Source: Bacteroidales bacterium | Lineage (GTDB): Bacteria > Bacteroidota > Bacteroidia > Bacteroidales > UBA932 | NCBI GenBank assembly: GCA_017380095.1 | Contig: JAFOER010000006.1 | Location: forward strand, 1 to 51,774 | Direction of reading: 5' to 3' | Length of the DNA stretch: 51,774 nt | Shown here: positions 25,000 through 35,520 of the stretch, piece after piece | How the letters are laid out: the number at the start of each line of letters is the position of its first letter | How positions within the stretch are numbered: the first letter of the stretch is position 1 | The notes under the pieces: model-generated | Told to the model about the DNA's origin: nothing | The model's input: only the letters and a program-made list of their open reading frames with translations | Databases searched by the model: none | Position numbers and translations under genes: made by a program

Positions 25000-27312
25000 T
25001 TATTTTTTCCACAAAGTAAGTCTCATACCAGCATAAACCATCCTTCCCATTAGGGGACCCCAAACCATAGCGGCATTGAAGTTCTTCCCGAAAGCATCAT
25101 TTGCATTCATGATAGGATTCTCCTGGGTATAACCGAAGATGTTCTCCACACCCACATACACATCCACAAGATTGATTTTCTTTGTAACCTGTGCAAAGAA
25201 CATAGGATAAACCTCAGACTCCCCGCCACCCATAAACTGAGGCAAGGTGCAAGGTCCGTTCAGCTGTGCAGTTGCATCAAACATCCATCTGTTCAACGGC
25301 AAAGCGTACTGAAGGTTAAGTACAGCCTTGTACTTGCTTGTCATAGGAGCATCAACCAGCCCCTGGTCCTTCATTGAAATCTTGGCATTGCTGTAACGGA
25401 AAGTTGCAATTGCAGTAAATCTCTCAACAGGCTCAAGGGAAAGGTCGAACTGGTATGTATCTGTATAAGCCCTGTTTGTACCTGCAGTTGCATCCCTGAA
25501 GTCATAAACCACAACATTATCCATATCAGTATCCCAGTCATAAACAACCTTATGGTTGAAGCTTGTACGGAAATAGTCGAAGCTGAAATAATTGTTCTCC
25601 CTATCTCCAATCCTGAAATACTGGGTAAAGTTACCTCCGAATGTCCAAGCATCCTCAGCCTGCAGGTTATCTGCAATCTTAAGCTCTCTTCCCGACGAAA
25701 GTACACCAAGATTGTCTGTAACCACCTCAGGGGTACGGAAGCCCCTTCCTCCGGTAAGTCTGAGGATAGTCTGGTCGCTGAATGAATATTTGAAGCTTGC
25801 CCTTGGAGCAACCTGCCATCCGAACATTGAGCTGTAGTCTGCCCTGAAACCTGCAACAAGGGAAATCTTCTCATCCAAAGTATATGTATACTCACCGTAA
25901 GCGCCAACCACCTTGTCATCTGTCCTGAAATCAAGCCTCTTTATGTCTGCAACAGGTGAAGAAGCGTTTCCTGAAGGCTTGTAGCTTGCATAATTGCTGT
26001 GTATGTCATCATATCTGCCGCTCAAGCCAAGAGTATATTTATGGTTCTCGTTGACATCGTGGTGGTACATTGCATTGAAGAATCCCATATTCTGGTAACC
26101 GCCAAAATCCTTTAAGCCGTAAGTGCTCTCCATATCATAATATGAGTAATCCGCCACAAATGCAATGTTCTTGCTCTGGTCCTCATTCAACGGAATACCC
26201 AGTTTGAAGAAACCGCCAACGCTCTTGTTGTGGATCTCATTTCCCCAGATTCCCATGCCGTATGCCTTGCCCAATCCAAACTCACGGTCATTCATCCCCT
26301 CCTCATAATCCTTGTGGCCTCCAATGCGGGTATCGCTCATCACCTTGAATCCGAACCTCACCTGGGTTCCGTCGGGATTAAAATACAACCATCTGTTGTC
26401 AAAGTTGACCTGCTGGGTCATAGGGTCATCCCTGAAGGTATCATCATTTTCGTCATGTTTCATGTTGTCCTTTGAGAAATGGGCCATCATAACTGTGCTC
26501 CATTTGTCATTGAGCTGCAATGAAGAAGCCACATTGGCCTCTGTCCTGAGGTTGGTGTTTGTAAACAGGTTGACAAACAACGGGTTCTCTGCAGTAGGTT
26601 TCCTGTGCTCCACATTAATCTGGCCGGTAATTGCCTCCAGGCCGTTCACAACAGAAGAAGGGCCCTTTGCAATCTGGATGCTCTCAAGCCACTGTCCGGG
26701 GATATATGTAAGTCCGAACGGAGAAGCCAGTCCCCTCATTACCGGACGGGTCTCATCCAGCATCTGTGTATAGCTTCCCGACAAACCCAACAGTTTGATC
26801 TGTTTTGCACCTGTTACCGCATCCGAGTAGCCCACACTTACACTGGCAGAACTCTCAAAACTCTCAGCCAATGAACAGCACGCCATCTTGCACAAGCCTG
26901 CGGCAGAGATAACCTCTGTCTTTATGCTTGTTGTCTTTGAAAGGAAGTTTGCCTGCTGTCTTCCTGTAACGGTTACAGACTCGAGCTCGTTTGCAGGCTT
27001 GAGGTTGAACACTATCTCCTTGTCTGCAATAAGGTTCACGCCATTCTCAAACAGTTTTACAGTATCCTGAGTGTAACCTACATAAGAGGCAATAAGGGTG
27101 ATGTTGTCTCCTTTGAGCTGCTTAATGGTAAACTCACCGTTCTCATCAGCTTCAACGGCAGACTTTCCCTCCATCCACCATACGCTTGTAAAGGCACCGG
27201 CCTCTTTCTCGCCCTGGGAATTGAGGAAATAAACCTTGCCGCTAACTTTCTGTGCTGCAGCAAACGTACTGCACACAAATACAAAAAACAAAAGGGTAAA
27301 TATTTTTTTCAT
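25000..27312 (-). CDS. TonB-dependent receptor with a carboxypeptidase-regulatory-like N-terminal domain
   Basis: 770 aa. Has a signal peptide, a CarbopepD_reg-like segment (KVSGKVYF...GEFTI), a plug region (ESVTVTG...) and a long beta-barrel with repeated aromatic-terminated strands. Confidence 0.88.
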   Translation of the reverse strand: MKKIFTLLFFVFVCSTFAAAQKVSGKVYFLNSQGEKEAGAFTSVWWMEGKSAVEADENGEFTIKQLKGDNITLIASYVGYTQDTVKLFENGVNLIADKEIVFNLKPANELESVTVTGRQQANFLSKTTSIKTEVISAAGLCKMACCSLAESFESSASVSVGYSDAVTGAKQIKLLGLSGSYTQMLDETRPVMRGLASPFGLTYIPGQWLESIQIAKGPSSVVNGLEAITGQINVEHRKPTAENPLFVNLFTNTNLRTEANVASSLQLNDKWSTVMMAHFSKDNMKHDENDDTFRDDPMTQQVNFDNRWLYFNPDGTQVRFGFKVMSDTRIGGHKDYEEGMNDREFGLGKAYGMGIWGNEIHNKSVGGFFKLGIPLNEDQSKNIAFVADYSYYDMESTYGLKDFGGYQNMGFFNAMYHHDVNENHKYTLGLSGRYDDIHSNYASYKPSGNASSPVADIKRLDFRTDDKVVGAYGEYTYTLDEKISLVAGFRADYSSMFGWQVAPRASFKYSFSDQTILRLTGGRGFRTPEVVTDNLGVLSSGRELKIADNLQAEDAWTFGGNFTQYFRIGDRENNYFSFDYFRTSFNHKVVYDWDTDMDNVVVYDFRDATAGTNRAYTDTYQFDLSLEPVERFTAIATFRYSNAKISMKDQGLVDAPMTSKYKAVLNLQYALPLNRWMFDATAQLNGPCTLPQFMGGGESEVYPMFFAQVTKKINLVDVYVGVENIFGYTQENPIMNANDAFGKNFNAAMVWGPLMGRMVYAGMRLTLWKK

Positions 27313-27390
27313 TATAAGGGATTTTTGGTTTAAAAAATTAGTATAAAAAAGAATTTACCTGATGATAATCAAGTATTTACACTAATATTT

Positions 27391-27864
27391 CTAAACTCTG
27401 AAGGTGCAAAGCAGTGCCTGTTGCACATCCTGTTGCAACGGCTCTTTAAAGATAGTGCCGCAAGAGGCACCTGAGAATGTACCGGCAAGCAGTTCCTGCT
27501 GCCCAACGCCGTAAAACAAAGAATCAATCAGGAAAAATGAAGGGACAAGAATCTGCACATCCTCCTGGGTTGTCTGGTCATGCGTAAGTACATAAACACT
27601 TGTAGAACAGCAATCATCATCGTGCTCCTGCTCTTCCCCGTGATGGCAGCACCCGTGGTGCTCTGCAGGATTGTGTGCATGGGTATAGCAGTTGCCCTCA
27701 TCATCAATATGGGAGTGCACCCACTCGCAAGGGGTCTCCCCGAAAAGCAGGATAAGGGATGCAGTACCGTCAGAAGCACATTTGTGCACACCGTACCCCA
27801 TTGTAGAGACGATATACAGCAGCGCTACCGCAATAAACAATATGTTCCTTACAAAACTTTTCAT
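27391..27864 (-). CDS. Small Cys/His-rich membrane-anchored protein (possibly related to the Bacteroidota HYC_CC_PP family)
   Basis: One N-terminal TM helix, followed by VHKC, PCEWVHSH, CYTHAHNPAEHHGCCHHGEEQEHDDDCC. The family assignment is from memory only. Confidence 0.5.
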   Translation of the reverse strand: MKSFVRNILFIAVALLYIVSTMGYGVHKCASDGTASLILLFGETPCEWVHSHIDDEGNCYTHAHNPAEHHGCCHHGEEQEHDDDCCSTSVYVLTHDQTTQEDVQILVPSFFLIDSLFYGVGQQELLAGTFSGASCGTIFKEPLQQDVQQALLCTFRV

Positions 27865-27871
27865 TTGGGGA

Positions 27872-27879
27872 CAAAAGTA
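27872..27879 (-). promoter_or_regulatory. Candidate -7 promoter box (TACTTTTG) for the Cys/His-rich protein-TBDR-HMA operon
   Basis: Exact TAnnTTTG match, 7 nt upstream of the ATG at 27864. This would give a leaderless or very short-leader mRNA. Confidence 0.35.
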
Positions 27880-27891
27880 GCAATTTTTTTT

Positions 27892-27899
27892 TACATTTG
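27892..27899 (+). promoter_or_regulatory. Candidate -7 promoter box (TACATTTG) for sppA
   Basis: Exact TAnnTTTG match, 40 nt upstream of the ATG at 27939. Confidence 0.4.
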
Positions 27900-27938
27900 T
27901 GACAACTATAAGATTAGAACATAATAATAAGTATAACC

Positions 27939-29705
27939 ATGAAAAATTTCCTTAAAACCACACTTGCAGTAATTGTAGGAACACTTATTGCAATGTTCAT
28001 CAGCTCAATGCTGTTTTTTGGGATAATTGGCGGCATTGCAGCTCTTGGTGCAGAAGAGGAACCTGCAGTACCGGCAAAAGCTATCCTTAGAGTAGACTTC
28101 AACAATCCTGTAACCGAACTGGGACAGGAAGATGCAATGGCAGCCTTGCAGAGCCTCAACTTCAGCTCGGCAAAACCGCTTGGCATCCTCAAGGCAGTAA
28201 AGGCAATAGAAAACGCTGCCACTGACCCTTCAATCAAGTTCATTTACCTTAACATCAACGCACTCAACGTGGGTATGGCAAACCTTGAGGAGATAAGGAA
28301 TGCCCTTGAAAATGCAAAGAAATCGGGCAAAGCCATCATCACCTACGTAGACAACTTCTCACAGGGATCATACTATCTTGCATCCGTTTCAGACAAGATC
28401 TACATGAACAACGGAGGTTCTTCTGCAATGGTTGGTATTGGAAGCACCATGATGTTCTTTAAGGATCTTCTCGACAATCTTGGAGTACAGGTGCAGCTTA
28501 TCAGACACGGCAAGTTCAAGGCAGCTGCAGAGCAGTTCATTGCCTCTGAGATAAGCAAGGAAAATTATGAGCAGAACAAGGAGATGCTGGAATCAATCTG
28601 GGGCACCTGGGTAGACGAGATTGGCCAGAGCCGCAATATTGAGCCTGCAAAACTAAATGCCCTTGTAGATGACCTCAAACTTTTCTCAGCAGAGTCTATG
28701 GTTGAGAACGGCCTTGTTGATGCACTTGTTACCAGAAACGAGATGAACACCATCCTCTGCAACCTGTTTGATGTTGAGAAAGACAAGGACCTCAAATTCA
28801 TAAGCCTTGCCAAATATGCACAGGCAACTGTAAAACCTGACATTACAGCTAAAGAGAAAATTGCTGTGATTTATGCCGACGGTGAAATTACAATGGATGC
28901 ATCCGAGGGTTTGTCGGTGAAGAAATTCTACCCTATCTTGAGGGAGGTAAGCAGTGATTCTTCAATCAAAGGTGTTGTATTGAGGGTTAACTCTCCTGGT
29001 GGAGACGCGCAGGCTGCGGAGATTCTGAACAACGAGCTCCAGCTTATGAGACTCAACAAGCCAGTTGTTGTAAGTATGGGTGAGTATGCAGCTTCAGGCG
29101 GATACTGGATTGCTGCAAATTCTGAGAAAATCTATGCCGACAACACTACCATTACCGGTTCAATAGGTGTGTTCAGCATGGCTATGAATTATGGCAAGGG
29201 CTTGAAGAAACATCTTCACGTAAATACCGCAAACATAGGCTCAAACAAACACAGCAACATGATGAACGGCATTGATCCTCTGGATGCACAGGAGGTTGCC
29301 TTCATGCAGGGTATGGTAGAGGATATCTACACAGATTTCACCGAACTTGTTTCAAAAGGAAGGGATCTTCCTGTTGAGTATGTTGACGAAGTTGGCCAGG
29401 GAAGGGTATGGACAGGTGCCGATGCCCTTAAGAACAAGCTTGTTGACGAGATTGGAGGTCTTACAGATGCAATCAGCTATGCAGCAATCTGTGCGAACCT
29501 TACCGACAGCTACAGAGTGGTAGAGTACCCTAAGGCAAAAAGCCAGGTTGACCAGATTATGGAGCTCATAGGTGGTGCTGATGCTGCAGTTAAGGCTGCT
29601 GCCAACCCAGAGGAGACCATCAGGAACATCTACACCAAAGCTCTAAACCAGGACGGATTCAAGGTTTACGCCCGCCATCCTTACTGCTACCAGTTCAGAT
29701 ACTAA
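27939..29705 (+). CDS. sppA: Signal peptide peptidase SppA, 67K type
   Basis: 588 aa with two tandem ClpP/crotonase-like domains, a VNSPGGDAQAAE serine-site region and an N-terminal TM segment. Confidence 0.9.
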   Translation: MKNFLKTTLAVIVGTLIAMFISSMLFFGIIGGIAALGAEEEPAVPAKAILRVDFNNPVTELGQEDAMAALQSLNFSSAKPLGILKAVKAIENAATDPSIKFIYLNINALNVGMANLEEIRNALENAKKSGKAIITYVDNFSQGSYYLASVSDKIYMNNGGSSAMVGIGSTMMFFKDLLDNLGVQVQLIRHGKFKAAAEQFIASEISKENYEQNKEMLESIWGTWVDEIGQSRNIEPAKLNALVDDLKLFSAESMVENGLVDALVTRNEMNTILCNLFDVEKDKDLKFISLAKYAQATVKPDITAKEKIAVIYADGEITMDASEGLSVKKFYPILREVSSDSSIKGVVLRVNSPGGDAQAAEILNNELQLMRLNKPVVVSMGEYAASGGYWIAANSEKIYADNTTITGSIGVFSMAMNYGKGLKKHLHVNTANIGSNKHSNMMNGIDPLDAQEVAFMQGMVEDIYTDFTELVSKGRDLPVEYVDEVGQGRVWTGADALKNKLVDEIGGLTDAISYAAICANLTDSYRVVEYPKAKSQVDQIMELIGGADAAVKAAANPEETIRNIYTKALNQDGFKVYARHPYCYQFRY

Positions 29706-29723
29706 AATCAATATTGCACACAT

Positions 29724-29755
29724 AAAAAGGACTGCCCGTATGGACAGTCCTTTTT
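29724..29755. terminator. Bidirectional rho-independent terminator between convergent sppA and infB
   Basis: AAAAAGGACTG ... CAGTCCTTTTT. The stem is flanked by an A-run on one side and a T-run on the other. Confidence 0.7.
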
Positions 29756-29773
29756 AAGTTTATGGAATCCTTA

Positions 29774-32578
29774 TTACAAGGTTCTCTTAATCTCAACAAT
29801 CTGGTAAGCCTCAACAACGTCACCAACTTTAATGTCGTTGTATCCTTCAATGTTCAAACCGCAATCGTAACCGCTGTTAACCTCCTTGACATCGTCCTTG
29901 AAGCGTTTCAATGAGCCGAGTGCTCCGGTGTAGACTACAATGCCGTCGCGGATTACGCGCACTTTGGCATTCCTGGTAAGTTTACCCTCCTTAACCATAC
30001 ATCCGGCAATTGTACCAACTTTGGAAATCTTGAAGGTCTCGCGTACCTCTGCAGTTGCTGTAACCTCCTCTTTCTCCTCTGGTGCAAGCATACCCTCGAT
30101 ACCGCTCTTAACCTCGTTGATTGCATCGTAGATTACAGAGTATAGACGGATCTCAATCTCCTCGTTGTCTGCAAGTTTCCTTGCATTTGCAGAAGGCCTT
30201 ACCTGGAATCCGATGATGATTGCATTTGATGCTGCAGCCAACAGTACGTCAGACTCAGAAATTGCACCCACAGCCTTGTGGATTACATTTACGTGGATCT
30301 CCTCTGTTGAAAGCTTGATCAAAGAGTCGGACAAAGCCTCAATTGAACCGTCCACATCACCTTTGATGATAACGTTAAGCTCCTGGAAGTTGCCGATTGC
30401 AATACGGCGTCCGATCTCCTCCAATGTAATGTGTTTCTGGGTTCTCAAGCCCTGGATACGCAACAGCTGCTCCCTCTTGTTTGCAATGTCCTTAGCCTCT
30501 TTCTCATCCTCAAACACGTTGAAGTTCTCACCTGCATTAGGTGCACCGTTCAAACCGAGGATTGATACCGGAGTTGAAGGGCCTGCCTCTGTAACCTTCT
30601 GGCCACGCTCGTTGAACATTGCCTTTACCTTACCGGTGTAGCAACCGCTCAACATTACGTCACCCACTCTCAAGGTACCTGCCTGTACAAGTATTGTAGC
30701 AAGGTATCCTCTACCTTTATCCAATGAAGACTCAATTACAGTACCTACTGCCTTCTTGTTAGGGTTGGCCTTAAGCTCAAGCATGTCTGCCTCAAGCAAT
30801 ACTTTCTCCAAAAGGTCCTCAACACCTATACCCTGTTTTGCAGAGATCTCCTGGCACTGGTATTTTCCACCCCAGTCCTCTACAAGGATATTCATCTGTG
30901 ACAACTGCTCACGGATCTTGTCAGGGTTGGCAGCAGGCTTGTCAATCTTGTTGATTGCAAAGATCATAGGACATCCTGCAGCCTGTGCATGGCTGATAGC
31001 CTCAACGGTCTGCGGCATTATGGCATCATCGGCTGCCACAATGATGATTGCAAGGTCAGTTACTTTGGCACCACGGGCACGCATTGCTGTAAACGCCTCG
31101 TGACCTGGGGTGTCAAGGAATGTGATCTTTCTGCCGTCAGGCAATTTTACATTGTATGCACCAATGTGCTGAGTAATACCACCTGCCTCACCGGCAATCA
31201 CATTGGCTTTACGGATATAGTCGAGCAATGATGTCTTACCGTGGTCAACGTGACCCATTACTGTTACGATTGGAGGTCTCTCCTCCATCATCTCAGGTGT
31301 ATCAACATCATTCTCCTCATCAATTGTCTCCTGGATCTCAGCAGTTACAAAGTCAATCTTGTAACCGAACTCCTCTGCTACAAGCACCAATGCCTCAGCA
31401 TCTAGCCTCTGGTTGATGGATACCATAAGGCCAAGGTTCATACAAGCCTCAATTACTTTGATAACAGGGGTGTTCATCATTGTTGAAAGCTCATTTACAG
31501 TAACGAACTCAGTAACCTTGAGTACGTTGCTGTTCATCTGCTCCAACTCTTCCTCCTCCATCATTCTCTGAACGTTAAGCTCCCTCTTCTCCTTTCTGTA
31601 TTTTGAGCCTTTGGTCTTGCCCTTGCCCTCAACCATTCTCTGGTAGGTCTCCTTTATCTGCTTCTGTACTGCATCCTCATCAATCTCAACCTTAACCGGT
31701 TTGAACTTGTCCTTCTTGTTGCCCTTACCGTTGTTCTGGTTGTTCTTGTTGTTCTGCTGGTGCTTGTTAGGATTAGGGCCACCCTGCTGTTTGTTCTGGT
31801 TGTTGTGGCCGCCCTGGTTCTGTTTGCCGTTGTTCTGTTTTGACTCCTTTGCAACGTCAACCTTCTCGTTCTTCTTGTGAATCCTCTCCCTCTTGCCGTT
31901 GTTCTTGTTCTCAGAAGGTTTCTTCTCAAATTTGCTCAAGTCAATCTTGCCCTGGATCTTCGGACCCTCAAGGGTTTTCACTACGGTTGCTATATGAGCC
32001 GGCTCTGCCGGTTTCTCTTCTGCTTTAGGTGCTTTTTCCTGCTGCTGTGGCTTTACTGCTGGGGGAACAGGTTTATGCTCCACTTTAGGGTTGTCGGGAG
32101 TCTTCTCCACAGGTTTGTTCTCTTTTTTCTCTGCAGGTACTGCAGGTGCCGCAGGCTCCTGCACTGGCTGAGGCTGAGGCTTAACCTCCTCCTTCTTCAC
32201 CTCCTCCTGTTTTTTCTCAGGCTGAGGCTCGCCCTTAGGTTTGTCAAGGTCTATCTTGTACAGAACCTTAGGACCCTTTACCTCCGGTGTTGAAGTTTTT
32301 ATGAGCAGTTCCTTCTCAGGCTCTGCCTCCTTCTCCTCCTTAGGCTCCTTCTCAGTTATGTCCTTAACCTTTATGGCAACCTTCTTCGACTCCTCCTTCA
32401 CAATCTGCTCCTTCTTGAACTCCTTTGCAACAAGTGCATACTGCTCGCCGGTAAGCTTTGCTCCAGGATTGGAATCAATGTTAATGCCTTTCTTATGCAA
32501 GAACTCAACAAGGGTACCCATTCCTATATTGAACTCTTTAAGTACTTTACCTATTCTAATATTATCGTTTCCTGTCAT
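29774..32578 (-). CDS. infB: Translation initiation factor IF-2
   Basis: GTPase domain with GHVDHGKT and DTPGH, plus a long low-complexity K/E/P/Q/N-rich N-terminal region. Confidence 0.95.
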   Translation of the reverse strand: MTGNDNIRIGKVLKEFNIGMGTLVEFLHKKGINIDSNPGAKLTGEQYALVAKEFKKEQIVKEESKKVAIKVKDITEKEPKEEKEAEPEKELLIKTSTPEVKGPKVLYKIDLDKPKGEPQPEKKQEEVKKEEVKPQPQPVQEPAAPAVPAEKKENKPVEKTPDNPKVEHKPVPPAVKPQQQEKAPKAEEKPAEPAHIATVVKTLEGPKIQGKIDLSKFEKKPSENKNNGKRERIHKKNEKVDVAKESKQNNGKQNQGGHNNQNKQQGGPNPNKHQQNNKNNQNNGKGNKKDKFKPVKVEIDEDAVQKQIKETYQRMVEGKGKTKGSKYRKEKRELNVQRMMEEEELEQMNSNVLKVTEFVTVNELSTMMNTPVIKVIEACMNLGLMVSINQRLDAEALVLVAEEFGYKIDFVTAEIQETIDEENDVDTPEMMEERPPIVTVMGHVDHGKTSLLDYIRKANVIAGEAGGITQHIGAYNVKLPDGRKITFLDTPGHEAFTAMRARGAKVTDLAIIIVAADDAIMPQTVEAISHAQAAGCPMIFAINKIDKPAANPDKIREQLSQMNILVEDWGGKYQCQEISAKQGIGVEDLLEKVLLEADMLELKANPNKKAVGTVIESSLDKGRGYLATILVQAGTLRVGDVMLSGCYTGKVKAMFNERGQKVTEAGPSTPVSILGLNGAPNAGENFNVFEDEKEAKDIANKREQLLRIQGLRTQKHITLEEIGRRIAIGNFQELNVIIKGDVDGSIEALSDSLIKLSTEEIHVNVIHKAVGAISESDVLLAAASNAIIIGFQVRPSANARKLADNEEIEIRLYSVIYDAINEVKSGIEGMLAPEEKEEVTATAEVRETFKISKVGTIAGCMVKEGKLTRNAKVRVIRDGIVVYTGALGSLKRFKDDVKEVNSGYDCGLNIEGYNDIKVGDVVEAYQIVEIKRTL

Positions 32579-32620
32579 ATTATTTCCCCCATTTTAATTC
32601 AACAATAATTTTACTCTCAA

Positions 32621-33847
32621 TTAGTCCTCAAACTCGGATTTAAGGATGTTCTGAACCTCAACAACGGTCTCCTCCTCCAAATCTGCACGTTTTACTATAT
32701 CCTGTACAGAAAGGGCAAGGACACTCTTGGCAGTATCACAACCGATGCCTTTAAGGGCATCAATGATCCACTGGTCAATCTCGTCGCTGAACTCAGCCAA
32801 CAATACATCCTCTTCCTCCTCCTCAAGCTCCCTGAACACCTCAATCTCCTGGCCTACCAACATGCTTGCAAGCTTGATGTTGCTTCCGTTCTTACCGATT
32901 GCAAGAGATACCTCACCAGGTTTCAACCAAACGCTGATGTGTCCCTCCTCAACTTTGATTGAGGAGATTTTTGCAGGGCTCAACGCTCTCTGAACAAGAA
33001 GCTGGATGTTTGAAGTCCAGTTGATGATATCAATGTTCTCGTTCTTCAACTCCCTTACAATACCGTGGATACGTGAACCTTTCACACCCACGCAAGCTCC
33101 TACAGGATCAATTCTGTCATCGTATGACTCAACTGCAACCTTGGCTCTCTCACCAGGGATACGTACAATCTTCTTGATTGTGATAAGGCCGTCAAAAATC
33201 TCAGGAACCTCCTGCTCGAACAGTCTCTCAAGGAACATAGGAGCAGTTCTTGAAAGGATGATCACAGGATTGTTGTTCTTCATCTCAACCTTTGAGATAA
33301 CTGCCCTTACAGACTCACCCTTGCGGAAGAAATCAGAAGGGATCTGCTCAGATTTTGGAAGAAGGAGCTCATTGCCCTCCTCATCAAGTACAAGCACCTC
33401 TTTTTTCCATGCCTGGTAAACCTCACCAACCATAACCTCACCAATCCTGTCCCTGTAGGCATTGTAAAGGTTAGCCTTCTCAATATCCATGATTCTTCCC
33501 GACAAATTCTGTCTGAGGTTAAGGATACCCCTTCTGCCGAAGCTTGCAAGTTTCACCTCCTCTGTAAACTCCTCACCAATCTCGTATGAGCTGTCAATCT
33601 TGTCAACCTCCTCTTTTGAAATCTCGGTGTTAGGATCCTCAACTGTCTCAACTACAGTCCTGTTTCTCCAAATCTCAAAATCGCCTTTGTCAATGTTGAT
33701 GATGATGTCAAAATTGTCGGCAGTACCGTACATTTTGGCAAGCTGTGTGCGGAAAATGTCCTCCAATACACTCATCATTGTTGGGCGATCGATGTTTTTA
33801 AGCTCTTTAAATTCAGCAAATGTGCTAATTAAATTAAGACCTTCCAT
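32621..33847 (-). CDS. nusA: Transcription termination/antitermination factor NusA
   Basis: S1 and two KH domains, conserved nusA-infB order, 408 aa. Confidence 0.93.
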   Translation of the reverse strand: MEGLNLISTFAEFKELKNIDRPTMMSVLEDIFRTQLAKMYGTADNFDIIINIDKGDFEIWRNRTVVETVEDPNTEISKEEVDKIDSSYEIGEEFTEEVKLASFGRRGILNLRQNLSGRIMDIEKANLYNAYRDRIGEVMVGEVYQAWKKEVLVLDEEGNELLLPKSEQIPSDFFRKGESVRAVISKVEMKNNNPVIILSRTAPMFLERLFEQEVPEIFDGLITIKKIVRIPGERAKVAVESYDDRIDPVGACVGVKGSRIHGIVRELKNENIDIINWTSNIQLLVQRALSPAKISSIKVEEGHISVWLKPGEVSLAIGKNGSNIKLASMLVGQEIEVFRELEEEEEDVLLAEFSDEIDQWIIDALKGIGCDTAKSVLALSVQDIVKRADLEEETVVEVQNILKSEFED

Positions 33848-33872
33848 TCTATATGTTTTATTTTATACGTTT

Positions 33873-34343
33873 TTACTTGAATTTGATGACAGGCTTGCAT
33901 GATTTTATCCCGTCGTAGGCAAATGCAGTTACAGTATCCTGCTGAACCTTCTTCTTGCTCCCCTCAACCTTCACCATCTTGCTCACTGTAACCTCAAAAC
34001 CCTCTTCTGTTGCAGACGAAAGCACTCCCTTCATTTTTCCTCCCCCCTTCACAACTACCTCAACCTCACTCCCGACAAATTTCTGATACTGCTGCAGTAC
34101 CTTGAACGGCTGGTCCAGACCTGCCGATGTTACCGTAAGCGAGTAATCCTCAACATCCCTGTCGAACACACCTGCCACAATGTGGTCTATGTCCACACAG
34201 TTCTCAATCTTCACATCACCCTCACTGCTCTCTATGGCAATTGTGATGTCATTGTCCTTTGATATTTCAATATCTACCAGGAAGAGACCTTTCTCTGCCA
34301 GATATCCGGCTATGGCGCCGTGCAATGCTTCTGCTGTAATCAT
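33873..34343 (-). CDS. rimP: Ribosome maturation factor RimP
   Basis: 156 aa, directly upstream of nusA. The profile is RimP-like. Confidence 0.85.
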   Translation of the reverse strand: MITAEALHGAIAGYLAEKGLFLVDIEISKDNDITIAIESSEGDVKIENCVDIDHIVAGVFDRDVEDYSLTVTSAGLDQPFKVLQQYQKFVGSEVEVVVKGGGKMKGVLSSATEEGFEVTVSKMVKVEGSKKKVQQDTVTAFAYDGIKSCKPVIKFK

Positions 34344-34457
34344 AATCGTTCAAATATGACAAAGGGCAACCGCACGCGGTCACCCTCAAGCCTTTCATTT
34401 CAAGTGCAAAGGAACAAAAAATATTGTTTAAAAACAAATTATCTCACAAATTATTAC

Positions 34458-34465
34458 TATTTTTG
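34458..34465 (+). promoter_or_regulatory. Candidate -7 promoter box (TATTTTTG) for the lpxD operon
   Basis: Exact TAnnTTTG match, 26 nt upstream of the ATG at 34491. Confidence 0.45.
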
Positions 34466-34490
34466 CTTTGTTATACAGAGAATAATACTT

Positions 34491-35480
34491 ATGGAAGTAA
34501 CAGCGGAAAGAATTGCACAACATTTCAACGGTGAAATTATTGGAGACCCTACCGTAAAGGTTTCTTCGGTAGCAAAAATAGAGCAGGGAAAGCCCGGAAA
34601 CATCTGTTTCCTTGCCAACCCAAAATATGAGCAGCACCTTTACACCTGCAAGGCAAGTGTAATTATCATAAACAGAACATTCAAGCCAAAGGAGCCTGTA
34701 GCCCCTACCCTTATCCTTGTGGACAACGCATACGAGGCTGTGGCATCATTGCTTGACCTTCTGAACACCCTAAAGAAAGCGAAGAGGAGCGGCCGCGCAT
34801 GGAGTTCAAAATGCGCATGGAGCGCCAAGTTGGGAAAAGGTGTATGGTTGGGAGATTTCTCTTTTGTCGGGAAGAAGAGCAAGGTGGGCAAGGATACCCA
34901 AATCTACCCTCAAGTATACATAGGCAACGATGTTACAATTGGCGAGAACTGCACCCTTTACCCCGGTGTGAAAATTTATGACGGCTGCAAGATAGGAAAC
35001 AACTGCATACTTCACGCAAATGTGGTGGTAGGATCTGACGGTTTCGGATTTGCTCCAAGGGAGGACGGTTCCTATAAAAAAATTCCCCAGACAGGTATAG
35101 TTACAATTGAGGACGATGTTGAGATTGGCGCAAATACCGTTGTTGACAGGGCCACCATGGGCACTACCCTCATAAAGAAAGGTGTAAAATTGGACAACCT
35201 CATTCAGATTGCCCATAACGTGGAGGTAGGCGAGAATACCGTAATGGCTGCACAGAGCGGTGTGGCAGGCTCTACCAAGATTGGAGCAAGCTGTATAATA
35301 GGAGGCCAGGTAGGATTTGCAGGACACCTTACAATACATGACAAAACGAGCATTGGAGCTCAGGCGGGCATACTTGGAAACACAAAGAAAGAGGGGGAAA
35401 CCCTTATGGGAAGCCCTGCCTTCGACTACAAGCAATACCTCAAGTGTTATGCTTTGTTTAGGAAACTACCGAACAAATAA
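34491..35480 (+). CDS. lpxD: UDP-3-O-acylglucosamine N-acyltransferase
   Basis: N-terminal LpxD domain ([16 protein letters not shown]) and left-handed beta-helix hexapeptide repeats. The first ATG in ORF 34320..35480 that lies past the rimP start. Confidence 0.9.
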   Translation: MEVTAERIAQHFNGEIIGDPTVKVSSVAKIEQGKPGNICFLANPKYEQHLYTCKASVIIINRTFKPKEPVAPTLILVDNAYEAVASLLDLLNTLKKAKRSGRAWSSKCAWSAKLGKGVWLGDFSFVGKKSKVGKDTQIYPQVYIGNDVTIGENCTLYPGVKIYDGCKIGNNCILHANVVVGSDGFGFAPREDGSYKKIPQTGIVTIEDDVEIGANTVVDRATMGTTLIKKGVKLDNLIQIAHNVEVGENTVMAAQSGVAGSTKIGASCIIGGQVGFAGHLTIHDKTSIGAQAGILGNTKKEGETLMGSPAFDYKQYLKCYALFRKLPNK

Positions 35481-35520
35481 CTATATTTGTATTTTTGAAC
35501 CTAATACCTCAAAACAATAT

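Noticed and set aside
31650-32300. Repetitive low-complexity DNA with several overlapping shadow ORFs (for example 31654..31929 and 31877..32293)
   Set aside because: This is the K/E/P/Q/N-rich N-terminal region of IF-2, which is normal for Bacteroidota infB. The alternative frames are Arg/Thr or Leu/Cys-rich artefacts.
34806-35435. 209-aa minus-strand ORF
   Set aside because: It is antisense to lpxD. Hexapeptide-repeat genes typically leave open antisense frames.
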